Below are positions 20,046-38,644 of a stretch of 64,000 nt of DNA, piece after piece. The notes beneath the pieces were generated by a model, which was not told the origin of the DNA, ran no database searches, and was given only the letters and a program-made list of their open reading frames with translations. Position 1 is the stretch's first letter. Each line of letters begins with the position of its first letter. The translations under genes were made by a program, and so were the position numbers. Source of the DNA: the human T2T-CHM13v2.0 reference genome, Homo sapiens. Location of the stretch: NCBI RefSeq assembly GCF_009914755.1, contig NC_060938.1, one strand, 5' to 3'.

Positions 20046-20489
20046 TGACAAAGACTCTCTCCTTTGACCAAACTTGAGTCAGGCTCCTCTTGGAGTCCTT
20101 CCTGATAAAGTCCTGACGTTGCGCCTCCTTCTCCATTCTTGCAGAATCCAGTTTGAGCAATAATCCTGCTAAGTCAGATTAGAGAAAATCCCCTACATGA
20201 CTACCCCTGGTATCTTATCACCCTGGCCTACCTTCAACAAGAATGCTGAAGGCAAGCATCCCCCTTACCCCTGATGTTTCCTCTTAGTATTTTTCTATCT
20301 ACTCACTCCCACCCTGTTCCTTGGCTGTAAATCCTCATCTGTCCTTATTGGAGTCAGACTGCAGCCCACCCTCTCTCCCCCACTGGAAGACCCCATTGCA
20401 GTCATCCCTATGCTTATTACCATGGCCCCCTTGAAGGAAGTCTGTCTTATCATGTTTCACAAGTGACAGGAATAATTTTTTCTTTAACA
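20046..20489 (+). mobile_element. MER31-family ERV1 solo LTR
   Basis: Starts TGACAAAGACTCTCTCCTTTGACCAAACTT, ends TTTTTCTTTAACA (TG...CA). Confidence 0.8.
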
Positions 20490-20575
20490 CCTCACTCTAC
20501 TGCCAAAGTAGATAGCAGGGAGGTAGATACAAATAAAATATTTAGATAATTAGAAAAACTATAGGTGACAATTAA

Positions 20576-20958
<383 letters not shown>

Positions 20959-22096
20959 TGAGCAGATTCCATCTATCAGGTCACTGGTTTATACATATTA
21001 AGTATCTGCTATAAAGTTGGGGAACAGCTAGGATCAAGTCTATTTGATGAAAAATAAAGCCCTCAGACATAATTCTGGGGGGAGAAAAGCAATTCCAATT
21101 ATGTGAAGGTTTAGAAAGTTAGAATTATTCTTCAACAAACAATAGACACTGGGCATCCTAATTGCTAGCTTCAAACTAACTCTGAAACGAGGCACAAAAG
21201 GAGAGAATGTTCTTGTTGCAAGAAACTTTTAATAGCATTTGGATTTGGAAGAAAAAGATAGCAGTGGAATAAAAAATAGACACACCATGTTGCAAAAGCT
21301 CTTGAGTATTCAGAATCCATTTCTGAAGCAGAAAGGTGGGGAAAGGGCTACTGATCCATGGAGAGAAAACAGGGAGGCAAATGCCCAAAAGAGCTTTCAT
21401 TTGTTGGGCTGATTACTCACAATTAAACTTTGGAAAATTAGCAGAAAATTAGAAACAGATTATAAAATAGTCTGTTTTAATAAAATGCTAACTATCATCA
21501 TGCAACCTCAGAAGTAGAAGCAGATGGAGTTAGAAAAGCTACATTCTAGTTGGAGACAAGATATTGAGAAAACTTGTTCCATACATGAGCTCAAATTTCT
21601 CCACCTGTAAGGTGGTCATATTGCTTGCTGATTTCAGAAGGCTTAAGCCATTGGTTAAAAGGCCTTTTGTGCTCAATAATCAAGAAGCTGCTTTAAAAAA
21701 TAATCAAGAAGCTGCTTTGATTGCTGATAATTTACTAGAGTGACAGTATCCACAGAAAAATTTCATTTATATAGAAAGTTATTATATAAGAAATCTAAAA
21801 TATGAGTTTGCTTCAAAAACTTAGCTGGTTTAAGGAAGTTTAAGGTTTTAGGGGAGTGGGAGTGAGTGAAGGAGGAGGTTGTAGAAGAGAATGGAGGAGG
21901 AAATTGAGAAAAGACAAGCTGAACAAAGGAAGAATTTATCTGTGCCTCTGAGACTAGTTCTTCCCGGGAATCTTACCCCTACCACTGGACTGTTTTTTCA
22001 AAGGCAAAGATCACCTATTGTTCAACTCTGCATCTCCCACACAGCATATCTACCACTATGTAGAGAGTAGTTGCTTGTTGCTTGATAAGTGTTTAA

Positions 22097-22576
<480 letters not shown>

Positions 22577-22936
22577 TAGGCAGAAAGTCACAAAACAGGA
22601 GGAAGCGAGTCTGATTCCCAGCATCAGATAAACTGCTAAACTCTACTGTGGGTAAGAACAAAACTGTGCTTACCAGAAAACTTAATTTTTATTTCGATGA
22701 ATTTCTAATAGTGAAATAAATTACTTTAAAGCACAACAAAGAAGAAAGTCAACACCCAAACGTTCTTGGGCTCAGGAAGTATGGTGCTTGACGGGAGGGT
22801 TAAAAGCTGTCAGCCCTGAAGACAGGCAGGAAAGTCTCTCTTTATGACCCCCTCCCAGCAAGGCTGTGTTTTTTCAACACTTCTAACCCTTCTGCATGGG
22901 AATCTTGGAATGTTTTTTTGTTTTGTTTTGTTTTAA

Positions 22937-23239
22937 AGAGACAAGGTCTCGCTATGTTGCCCAGGCTGGAGTGCAGTGGCTATTCACAGGCGTAATCCCA
23001 CTACTGATCAGCAGGGGAAGTTTTAACCTGTTCGTTTCCAACCTGGGCCAATTCACCCCTCCTTAGGCAACCTGGTGGTCCCCTACTTCTGGGAGGTCAT
23101 CATACTGATGGCTGAACTTGGTGCAGACACGTCTCTGGCACAGTGTGCTACAGCCCAGGACTCTTGGGCTCAAGCGATCCTCGTGCCTCAGCCTCCTGAG
23201 TAGCTGGGACTCCAGGCATGTGCCACTGCATTGTCCTGG
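22937..23239 (-). pseudogene. Full-length 7SL (SRP RNA) processed pseudogene in intron 9
   Basis: Reverse complement follows 7SL including the S domain that Alus lack (GGGGACCACCAGGTTGCCTAAGGAGGGGTGAA...TGCTGATCAGTAGTGGGAT). A-rich tail at 22913-22934, flanking TGGAATGT repeats. Confidence 0.95.
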
Positions 23240-24387
23240 AATGTCTTTTTTTTTTTTTTTTTTTTTTTTAAGTGTCTCAGTTCTCTTAGTTTTTGACAGT
23301 TCCCCGGTATTCTCAAGGTGATCATTTAACACCTAATTAACAAGTCTATTACTGGAATTAATTCAAATGAGCCAAACCTAGTTTTAATTAAACCTCAATC
23401 TGCTCAGGGTAGTCTTTTTTCTCCTACATCAGTAGCTGCCTGCAAGGACCCAGTTCCTTTCAAAACAAAGAAGTACAAAACTCTATAAAGCGTTCTGACA
23501 TTATTTAAAAATGTATCTATTAAAATGTACCTATCTAGTTAATTTGGTTCCATAATTTGGTCATTCTGGCTTAACATTCAACTATTCAAGCAATGTTACA
23601 ATAAAGTACTTGAAGAACCCACTGATTTTCTGGTATTGCCAATCATGCGTGCATTCATTCAGTCATTCAATAAATTTACTGAAAGGATCCTAGATGTCAC
23701 ACACTAAGCTGGGTGCTATGCATGTTATTATTAACTACACCTTTGGACAGAAATAAAATACATCAAAGCACAGCTCTGGAAAATGGAAAAGCAAAATTTT
23801 AGTTGATTTGGTCAAACACTTTGCCTTGATTCGTATGTAGATACTACAGCTAAATTTCCATTAGTGGACATGGATTAGTGATGTGTAAAGTAAAAGTTAG
23901 AATTTCAAATGTCTAGTGGAATTTAACAGAATTTCCTAGGCCTCATTTTTTCTACTCCCTGGCCTGTGCTCAGTATTCCCACTCCAGGTACAGGCATCCT
24001 GGCAGCACAATTCCCATTCATTATTATCTCACCTGAGATCCTAGTGAAGTTGCCTTTCAAGATCTGTCAACCTAGTCATATGTCCTGTTCTTCCTTGGGA
24101 AAAGGATAGAAACTGGAGGGGAAATGCGGAAAAAGTTGGGAGGAAGGGGAAAGGAGTGCTCACAAAGTCGTGTGGAAACTGGATCTCACCTTCCCTTACA
24201 TGCTGCAGCTTTTCTGAAGGCTCTGTACTCTCACCAAAGAGCAACATTTCTTCACACAAAAAGATGAAAACATTTAACAATAAGCAACCACATATACATG
24301 TTTAAGCCTTACTTTCAATACCAGGTCCTTAATGTACTCTGGAATCCAACAATAACAAAGTTTTAATGATAAATGTAATATATTCAC

Positions 24388-24581
24388 TGACATGGTTTGG
24401 ATGTTTGTCCATCTCAGGATGGAATGTGATCCCCAATGACGGAGGTAGGGCCTGGTGGGAGGTGTGTGGATCATGGGGAGGATCCTCGTGAATGGCTTGC
24501 TGCCATCCTTGGGTAATGAGTGAGTTCTCGCTCTGAGTTCTCCCAAGATCTGGTTGTTTAAAAAAGCATGGTACTTCTCCT
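24388..24581 (+). mobile_element. MST-family (MSTB-like) MaLR LTR, 5' half only
   Basis: TGA.ATGGTTTGGATGTTTGTCC...GGGCCTGGTGGGAGGTG...GATCATGGGG...AATGAGTGAGTTCTCGCTCTG. Confidence 0.8.
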
Positions 24582-24611
24582 TGAGACTGCATCTCAAAAA
24601 AAAAAAAAAAC

Positions 24612-25110
24612 CAGCCACAAATTCTTTGACATGCCTCCACTGGGGAGGTGGAATCTAGTTCCCCACCCCTTCAATCCGGGATGGCCTTAGTGACCTGCTT
24701 GTTAACAACAGGTCAGAAAAGGTCATGGGGTTTCCGCCAGGTTCTTTGGAATGCTTGCTCTCTGAAGCATCCTTTCTGGGTACACAGTCACGATGTCATG
24801 AGGAGCCTAAGCCACATTGAAAAGATACATGCATGAAGGTGCTCTGGTCAACAGCCTCAGCTGAGCCTGGCTCCAAGTCACTCCAGCCCAGGTGACATGT
24901 GAGTGGAAAAGCTTCCAGATGATCCCAACCACCAACCATCTCAGTCTTTCCAGACACTTGAGTCTTCCAGGCCAGCCCCAGACAACAGAGCAAAGACAAG
25001 TCATCCCTGCTGTGCCCTGACCGAATTCTTGACCTGTGGCATCTGTGAGCATAATCAGATGGCTGTTGTGTCACATCACTAAGCTTTGGGGGTGGCTAGA
25101 GGCAAAAACT
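24612..25110 (+). mobile_element. MLT1-family MaLR LTR
   Basis: CCACAAATTCTTTGAC...CCTTAGTGAC.TGCTT...CTAAG.TTTGGGG pattern. Confidence 0.7.
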
Positions 25111-25661
25111 AGAAAACTTGTGCTGATCCAAAGCCTATATATAATTACCATGTTTCATTTTCTCACTACTAGCACAGCCCAGATTTCATCATTTAGTACA
25201 GATAAGTCATTTATCTGGGGGTAATGTGTCACACAGATCCATGTTCTGGAACAGGGCAAATAAATTATCCAATGTTAACTTTGATAGCTCTTAGCCACTT
25301 CTTAGTCACCTAAACCTGTGTGCTGAATCAGTAAGGTAAGTGTGCCTATGTGAAGTACCTAGAGAAATGCTAGCTGTATGTATATATATGTGTGTATATA
25401 TGTCTGTCTCTCAGATTCACACACAGTTTCCACTAACACCACATCAGAAGGAGAGGAGATATAGCTGTTATTAACAGGGAGCTATTCACAGGCTCCACTA
25501 TGTGTTTGCAACATTAATAAAACAACTTCTTCAAGGAATTAATTCACAAAACTGAAAATGATCACATTTCACTATTTCCAAAAATCTCTCATTAGAGATA
25601 ACAAGGATCTAGCACAGATCAGAAAAAATGTTAAGGTAAAATTCTGATTTAAGAAAACAGT

Positions 25662-26805
<1,144 letters not shown>

Positions 26806-26887
26806 TCATACATGCAATGAAAATATTTTTTAAAGTAAAGACAGACACCCAGTTGCTCCCCTTTTAGTACCACTGTTCTGCAGTCAA

Positions 26888-26905
26888 TACTGCCCTCTGG
26901 TGTTG
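26888..26905 (-). promoter_or_regulatory. Candidate CTCF site
   Basis: Minus strand CAACACCAGAGGGCAGTA fits the CTCF core, in non-repeat DNA. Motif evidence only. Confidence 0.55.
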
Positions 26906-27449
26906 CAGAATAAAAGTCAAATGTCAGAAAGTGAACACTGAACTTCACTGTTCACAGTAGTATGTTTAAATCAAGGCATCTAGTTGGGACTACAAATCCC
27001 ATCAAAGACAAAATAAACTGATTCAGGATGTCATTTATTATCTACCGTATATGAAAGTAGAAACTCTTTAAAAAGGCATTAAATCAGGAATACTAATTTA
27101 TGAAAACAGCAGCTCTTAACTATGCTGTTAATGAAACATCACTAACAGTGAATTATACCTTCACATAAAATTATGTAATTCAAGAAAAACCTCGAAGGTA
27201 TATTACCTCTGAGTTAAGAGGGTATGTAGGATAGTAAGAGTAAAGCCTCCCATCTATAAACAAGAAAATTCCATAGAAAGTGAGCCAGGGTCGTTCTCAT
27301 GGCATATGTATCAAACACACTAAAAAAGTGTCCATGGAAACCACACACCAGCCAGCTCTGCCTATTAGTAAACCTGACTATTTATTTTAGGAAAAAAGCT
27401 CAAGAAAAACAGCACGTTTGGCTGCTAGGTGGACTTATGCAATGTTTCA

Positions 27450-27602
<153 letters not shown>

Positions 27603-27887
27603 TCACAGAGGCAGATAAGTAGAGACAATTCTTGCATTCACTGGCAATGTCAGTCCTTTCCTTCTAAGTTCTAGAGGACTCCTCACTTCAATGGCACTGG
27701 AATAGGGACACTAATCTGAGATACAAGGTCAACCAACATGGTCGAAGCATACCGCTGGCAACAACTGGGTCAGAAACATGGCAAAGTTCTTAGGTTTGGT
27801 TTTGTTTTTTAAACATGGAACAACATAAGAGAAAAACTAGTTTTAAAACAACCCCTCTAAATTTGGAGAATGTATCATTTAAAGTTA

Positions 27888-28248
<361 letters not shown>

Positions 28249-28820
28249 TTAGATATAATGATTTAATTCCAAGTATCACAGAAAATGTCATCTGCAGCTC
28301 TGTGTGCCTATAAAGCCCATCCTTCTACCCCTAAATAACAGTTCTCTAACATCAACTTTAAGAGCATTAGAACTTCCTCCAGATATGCAGAAATGTATAA
28401 AATGATATAAATGTGAAATAGAAACTTACAAGGTATTTTATTAAAATGCCAATGACATCTCACTGAATAAAGTAAAACTCTGTCATTTACAAGGATTTCA
28501 AAAAAACTTAATTGTATATCCCTATTCTCTGATATCTTTTAATTTCACCAAATCTTTAAAATGCACACACAAGAAGCTTATGTACCAGAACAAATTAGGG
28601 GGACACAAATGTGGCTATGAAACAGTTTTATCTCAAAAATATTAAAAATTGTACTAAAAAAACCAAAAGCACAAATATATTGTACTTTAATGATCTCCCA
28701 GAGTATTATTTTTCTATCCTTTGGTTCACAGCCACAAAGCTTACTAAAAAACAACTCTCCAAAGTGAGCCTGGTCCCATTAACAAAAAGGTAATATTTGA
28801 GATAAAAATCTATCAAACCT

Positions 28821-29127
<307 letters not shown>

Positions 29128-29199
29128 CTATCAAAGCTGATTAAAAGTCACTGAAAATGAGTTCTCTCTAACAGGCAATCAAGTATTAAAAGAATGACC

Positions 29200-29581
<382 letters not shown>

Positions 29582-29624
29582 TGACATACATTATTTTTTC
29601 CCTAACATTGCAATCAACGTTTAA

Positions 29625-29960
29625 AAATAACAGCTTCATTGTGATATAAGCCACATACACAGAATTCACCGTTTTAAAGCACAATTCAGTGGTTTTTAGT
29701 ATATCCAGAGTTGTGCCACTTTTACCACTAATTTTAGAACATTTCCATAACCCTGAAAGGAAACCTCATACCCATTAGCATTCACTTTCCATTTCCCTAT
29801 CCCCTCCGCCTCCGGCAACTACTAATCTACTTTCTGTTTCTATGCTTATTCTAGGTATCACATATTTTAAAACATGCAATATGTGACTTTTTGTGACTTT
29901 TTTCACTTACCATAATGTTTTTAAGGTGCACCCACGTTGTAGCATGGACATATATTACTT
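29625..29960 (-). mobile_element. L1M 3' UTR fragment
   Basis: AATTCACC..TTTAAAG...ACTAATCTACTTTCTGT pattern. Confidence 0.75.
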
Positions 29961-30663
29961 TTTAAACCCTTACTACAATCTTACAAGCTGGGCATATTTA
30001 TCTCCATTTTACTGACAAGGAAACTGGGAGGTTAAATGTTTTCCCTGAGGTCTAACAAAGTAAGCCGAGAAATATTCAGACCCAGGCCTCTGTCTTTATG
30101 GTTCACCATTTCGACCACACCACAGATTCTTACCTGCATCAAAATTCACCGTATGATTTTTTTCTGACTACAAAGACCCAGAAAAGGCAACTTCATAGTT
30201 TAAAAATTGAAAAATACAATGCTTTGTAGTACCCCACAGCTGGCACAACTTTTTTGCTTCCTGTCTCCATGTTCACTCATGATATATTTGTGTCCAAGGG
30301 CAAGGTGACCTGCTATTCCCATGGGCTCCCATGACAACCCCACTGTTTTTGAAACTGTGAGCACAATGCAAACCCAACAGAAGGCTGGGGCGGGCAGGGA
30401 GCACCACTGTGTGTTCTTTCACACAAGAGGGTATTCTATATCTCAGATCAGCATGTAGCTTAGAAAGAAGCTCAAATAAGAAAACAACAAACAATGAACA
30501 GAACCAGCCTTTAGTTCAGTGAGGAGACATTAGAGTCACTCACTGGTATTATGAGCCTAAACCAGAGGCAAATTTGCGGACATCCCAGTTCAGGGCCCCA
30601 TCTGCTAGGCCTGAGGTACCAAATCTAATTGCCAGTGACTTTATCTCTAATCGCTCATTCTCA

Positions 30664-31293
<630 letters not shown>

Positions 31294-31416
31294 TGAGTTT
31301 ATTGGGTTTTAAATGGTCTGACAACTGTATCTGTGGCTTAAACTGACAAAGGTAGATGAAGCCATGGCAAGGCAAAAGACTAGGGGAAAGAAAACTGGAC
31401 TTTTAAAACAAGCACT

Positions 31417-31695
31417 GGCTGGGCGCGGTGGCTCACACCTGTAATCCCAGCACTTTGGTGGGCTGAGGTAGGCGGATCACTTGAGGTCAGGAGTTCGAGA
31501 CCAGCCCGGCCAACACAGTGAAACCCCGTCTCTACTAAAAATACAAAAATTAGCTGGGCTTGGTGGCACACACCTGTAATCCCAGCTACTCGGGAGGCTA
31601 AGGCAGGAGAACCGGGAAGCGGAGGTTGCAGTGAGCCGACATCCCGCCACTGCACTCCAGCCTGGGTGACACAGCGAGATTCCATCTTAAAAAAA
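31417..31695 (+). mobile_element. Alu (AluS); Alu left monomer at 31925-32066 (minus) nearby
   Basis: Alu sequence. Confidence 0.88.
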
Positions 31696-32415
31696 GAGCC
31701 ACCCAAACCACCAAAAAACAAAAACAAGCACCAAACACAAGCAATCTTAATTCACGACAAAAATAATTAAGGTCACAGCAGATTCTTCTAAAGCTTGTAA
31801 TTACAGGCAACATGAGACTTTGCATCACGTTGCACAGGCAATTAAAATGACACAAAAGAACAAAAAAAATTAGGTGGTAAAAATACGTGTAAAAGCTGTA
31901 AAGGTTAACCAAAATAAAATATTTCTTTTTAATTTTTATTTATTTTTTACAGAGACAGGGTCTCACTATGTTGCCCAAGCTGGTCTCAAATTCCTGGCCT
32001 CGAGCGACCTCCCACTTTGGCCTCCCAAAGTGTTGGGATTACAGGCGTGAGCCACTGCACTCAGCCTAAAATAAAATATTTATTAAAATTAAATGGTGTG
32101 TAATTTGTTTTGACATATTAAAATATATATTCCAATTCTTGCCCCTACATATAGGTTCCCTCTACAAACTAGAAAAATAAAAGACTCAAATAGAAAGGGG
32201 ATTTGGTGACCATGTAGTATTATGGAAAGAATAACGAAGAACTAGACAAAAAGACTTCTGTTCTAATGCTGACTCTGTTTCCAGGTATTTTAGCGACTTA
32301 TAAACACTGTCTCCTTAGTTTCCAGAGGGGGATAGACTAATGTTCCCTTCAGTTAAAAAATTCTATGACTTCATGGGGCCAAGTCACAAAGGTAAGAATA
32401 ATAAAGCAGGATTAC

Positions 32416-32521
32416 CTATATATTCCTTCCACAAGGATGAGAATTTTCTTCCAGGGCCTTCGTGTCCGAGGCTGACCATAAACAATGGCATCTTTCAATA
32501 GCTTCTCTAGGCTTTGCATAT
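32416..32521 (-). CDS. SPTLC2: SPTLC2 exon 7 (106 nt): [34 protein letters not shown](S)
   Basis: Manually translated. gtag|AT acceptor, AG|gtaatc donor, in frame. Confidence 0.98.
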
Positions 32522-33426
32522 CTACAGAGCACAAAAAAGAACAGTTATACCGCATCTTCCTCTTTCCTAACTTTATTCCGGAAATGCAGAGATATATTTC
32601 TCATTCAGAAACCATGCCTCAGATAGCAAAGGACATAATTAGAGTTGGGCAGAAAAAAGCAGGGCAAAATAGGTGAATTATTGCCACCTTGAATTGAAAT
32701 CCAAAATGTAACAAATGTTCAAAACCATCGAAACTTGACTAAAGGACGGTGGTGGCTAACTCAGTTCATTAGCTTCCTTATAAAATGACCAGTGTCTCAT
32801 GTTAAATACCCTGTCATTAAGTTAGCTTCTGTGTGTTTATCGAAAAATACAGAATCAAACTGTATCTCTAATCCCAGTGAGTCATTCGGAAATAAATGCG
32901 TAAAAAAGACAGAGCGAGAGAGTGTGAATAAACCATCACAGACACATACTCCTCCTAAAAAAACAAACGCAAGGCGTAAAAAAACTTCACAGTGCGTGCT
33001 CCATTTCCTTTCACCCAGGACGTACTCAATAAACGCTTGTTAAAGAGTTTTATTTTGGTACTGGGTTAAAAATACACCCGTCTGGGGCATGTATAAGTCT
33101 GTGTGTTAAGCAAGCCTGACAATCAGTTGAAATTGTTCCATGTTTGACTTCATCAGTTGTCCATAAACAACCAAGTTCTTGTGGCTCTGTTGGTTCTTAT
33201 GGTGGTTAATGGGCCTGGAAACAACTTGGCTGCTACTGCCATTAATGATGATCATAATTTCCTTGTTAAAGACAAATGCTTTGAAGACCATTGTTGCCAC
33301 ACTACAGATTTCATACTTAAAATACCTGCCCTGAAATGAAGTCCTTAAAAAAAACTCCCCCAAATTTAAGCAACATTAAGTCTGGGGAATACTTAATAGG
33401 GGTGGGAGACATCCTATCATAAAATC

Positions 33427-33732
<306 letters not shown>

Positions 33733-33993
33733 TGATTTTGTATTCTGTATTGCTTGTAACTGGAGGAAGGAGTTATAAAAGTACATGATTTTGCTCTTTG
33801 CAGAAAACAATTTTGACAGAAAAAGAGATAAGGTAATAAAAACACAGAACACAAACACAAATAAGATAGTCTAAGGTTGTGACTGTGCTTACACATTCAG
33901 TAATTTCTAAGAAAAAAATCTGCATACGACCTAATCAAGATTCAGGAGATGTTCCCTGCAGAAGTAAATTACGTCCTGACTCAAAGCCTCCAG

Positions 33994-34265
33994 TTTTTTT
34001 GTTTTTTTTTTTTTGAGACAGAGTCTTGCTCTGTCGCCAAGGCAGGAGTGCAGTGGCGTGATCTCTGCTCACTGAAACCTCCGCCTCCTGGATTCAAGTG
34101 ATTCTCCAGCCTCAGCCTCCTGAGTAGCTGGGATTACAGGTGCATGCCACCACATCCAGCTAATTTTTGTATTTTTAGTAGAGGTGGGGTTTCACCATTT
34201 TGGCCAGGCTGGTCTTGAACTCCTGACCTCAGGTGATCTGCCCTCCTTGGCCTCCCCAAGTCCTG
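33994..34265 (-). mobile_element. 5'-truncated Alu
   Basis: TSD CAAAGCCTCCAGTT. Confidence 0.9.
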
Positions 34266-34342
34266 CAAAGCCTCCAGTTCTCAGGCAGAGAGCAATGTAT
34301 GGCGATCAGCTGAAGACAAGTAAAAACACAGGAATTATTTTA

Positions 34343-35285
<943 letters not shown>

Positions 35286-35589
35286 ATGCAACATAAAGGA
35301 AAAGATAATTAATATAAAGGGCTCTTATAATCAGTAAAAAATAGAAACAATTTGAAAATGGCCAATTTATAAAGAAATACAAACACATTAGCTTACAAGT
35401 AGAGTTAAAAAAACAGTAAAAATGCAAAAAGTTGTTCTATATCTAATAAGCAATGAAATAAAAACTAACATATTATTTCCTCATTAGATTTGGAAAGATT
35501 TAAAATGATTCACCATAGCCTATGTTGGCCAGTGAGTAGGAACAGTCAATCTCATGTTGTTGAGGAAAAATTCATACAAGATGCAAGCT

Positions 35590-36406
<817 letters not shown>

Positions 36407-36637
36407 GTTCATATAATGCTTAGAGGCAATTTGGAAAAGTATTAAAAATGTATACTCTTTTAACCATGCATTCTGAGACTGCTAGAAATTTATCCTAAGG
36501 CACTAACCAGATGATGGTACAAAACTGTAACTGTAGTGCTGTTCCCAGTAGAAAAATTTAGAAACAGCCCCGATGTCCAATTGAGGGGGCAATTAAATGA
36601 GGGCACACCCAGGCACTAACTGCCACACTGGTATTTA

Positions 36638-37030
<393 letters not shown>

Positions 37031-37763
37031 TCATTTCTCACTGTAAAACATTTTAGACAAGACAAAAACAAAAACAAAAACAAAAATGATGTTATCATCT
37101 ATGATCCTTCCATCCACGGGTACACACCTAACATTTTGGTATACATTCTTCCAAACTTTTGTCTGTGCCTGTACACATTTTGGGAAAAGATGCTATTAAC
37201 ATACAGTTTGGTCACCTTTTCTGCCTATGTGTGTGTTTTAACTATGAAAGTTACGCATTTTTATTCTAAATAATCATTTTAATAATACACAAAGATATTT
37301 CCACTGAGGGAGGAAAGGTCTGGCTCAGGGCCACCCTCCTCTGTGCTCCCACAGCATCTATTCATAGCTGTACTTCAGCACCTGTCCACTATATTGTAAG
37401 GATTGGCTTATCTATTAAGTCTCTTCGTTAACCAGTCAGAGATCTTGATTTATTCACTTAAATACTGTTAGTCTTATGGCAAGATACACTATAGTCATCG
37501 AGTAAATGTATTTGAGTAACGGATCTGTAAACAAGGAAATGGGATGGAAAACTTCATGGTCAAATAAAAGGATAGTATTATATTTGTACAAGAGGCTTCC
37601 ATCAACCTCTAATTTTAAAAGACTGGACCGGAAGAACATTTTAAATGTTGCTACTTTGTCTTCATTTATACTTTCAAGTGCTAATATAACTAATGTTAAC
37701 TCCCACCATGGATCGAAAGAATAGCAAAACCAAGGCCAGCAGTGAATTCTTCAGCAAACTCAC

Positions 37764-37857
37764 TGTTGTGTTTGAAGATTCTAATGGTTGCTCCTGACAG
37801 TCTGGCTCCCAGAACCAGTGATGCATGGTTCAGTTCATCACTCAGAATCAGGCAACC
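37764..37857 (-). CDS. SPTLC2: SPTLC2 exon 6 (94 nt): [31 protein letters not shown](N)
   Basis: Manually translated. gcag|GGT acceptor, A|gtgagt donor. SDELNHAS and FKHN motifs of alpha-oxoamine synthases. Confidence 0.98.
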
Positions 37858-38644
37858 CTGCAACATCACAGGAACAGAAAGGTAAGAAGCTGGAGGGGAA
37901 AGGGTTAGTTACACAAATCACAAAATGCCACAAACACTAATAGCTGTATCTTATTAAGGAAATTGTGCACAACAGCACAGTGATCAATTTTAAGAAGAGG
38001 AAAAAGGTGTACACGATCATTTGTTTTTTGTAAAGACACCTTAAAAGTAGATGCAAAATTCTAGCCTTTTAATTTAATATCTTCAGTCCCATGACTGATG
38101 TAAATATTCAGATATATGGCAACAGGTCTTTATTTGTATCTAAAACATGACACATCCGTCTCTAAAACGTTTTGGTTTCTTTACGTGAGAGAATTCCATG
38201 TAGTTTTAGTATCATGTTCTGTTTATCTGTGGGAAATGGCAGCTGATGGGGTCATGTCTGTGGAAATGGTGCATTCTCTCACTACTACTCATATCCAGAG
38301 TCCAGGGAAGATCCTACTTATTAACTTTTTCCCCACATAGCATGGACTGTAGGCTTCAGTTTTGTCTTAAAAATCCCCAAACAAGCTTTGCTTTAACACA
38401 CAAACATCAGTTTCTGCTAAGGCAACTAAGAAAAGGTTGAAGATCTCGGTTTGGTTTTTTTTTTCACTGCAGTTCTTACTCTTCCATCTCTCAGGGGGCC
38501 CTTCAACCTGTCAGATCTCAACTCAGAAAAAGGTTTTTCTCTGTCAAAAATAGCCTCATAATATCCAATTAGATGAAAAGGGTGCAGAAAGTATATAGCA
38601 TGCTCCCACGAGAATAAAAAGAAGAGAGAAGATACAAAGACACA

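Noticed and set aside
33106-33363. Non-Alu 85-aa minus-strand ORF with an acceptor-like ttcatttcag at 33331
   Set aside because: No recognisable domain and no convincing downstream donor. Cannot be supported as an exon without RNA data.
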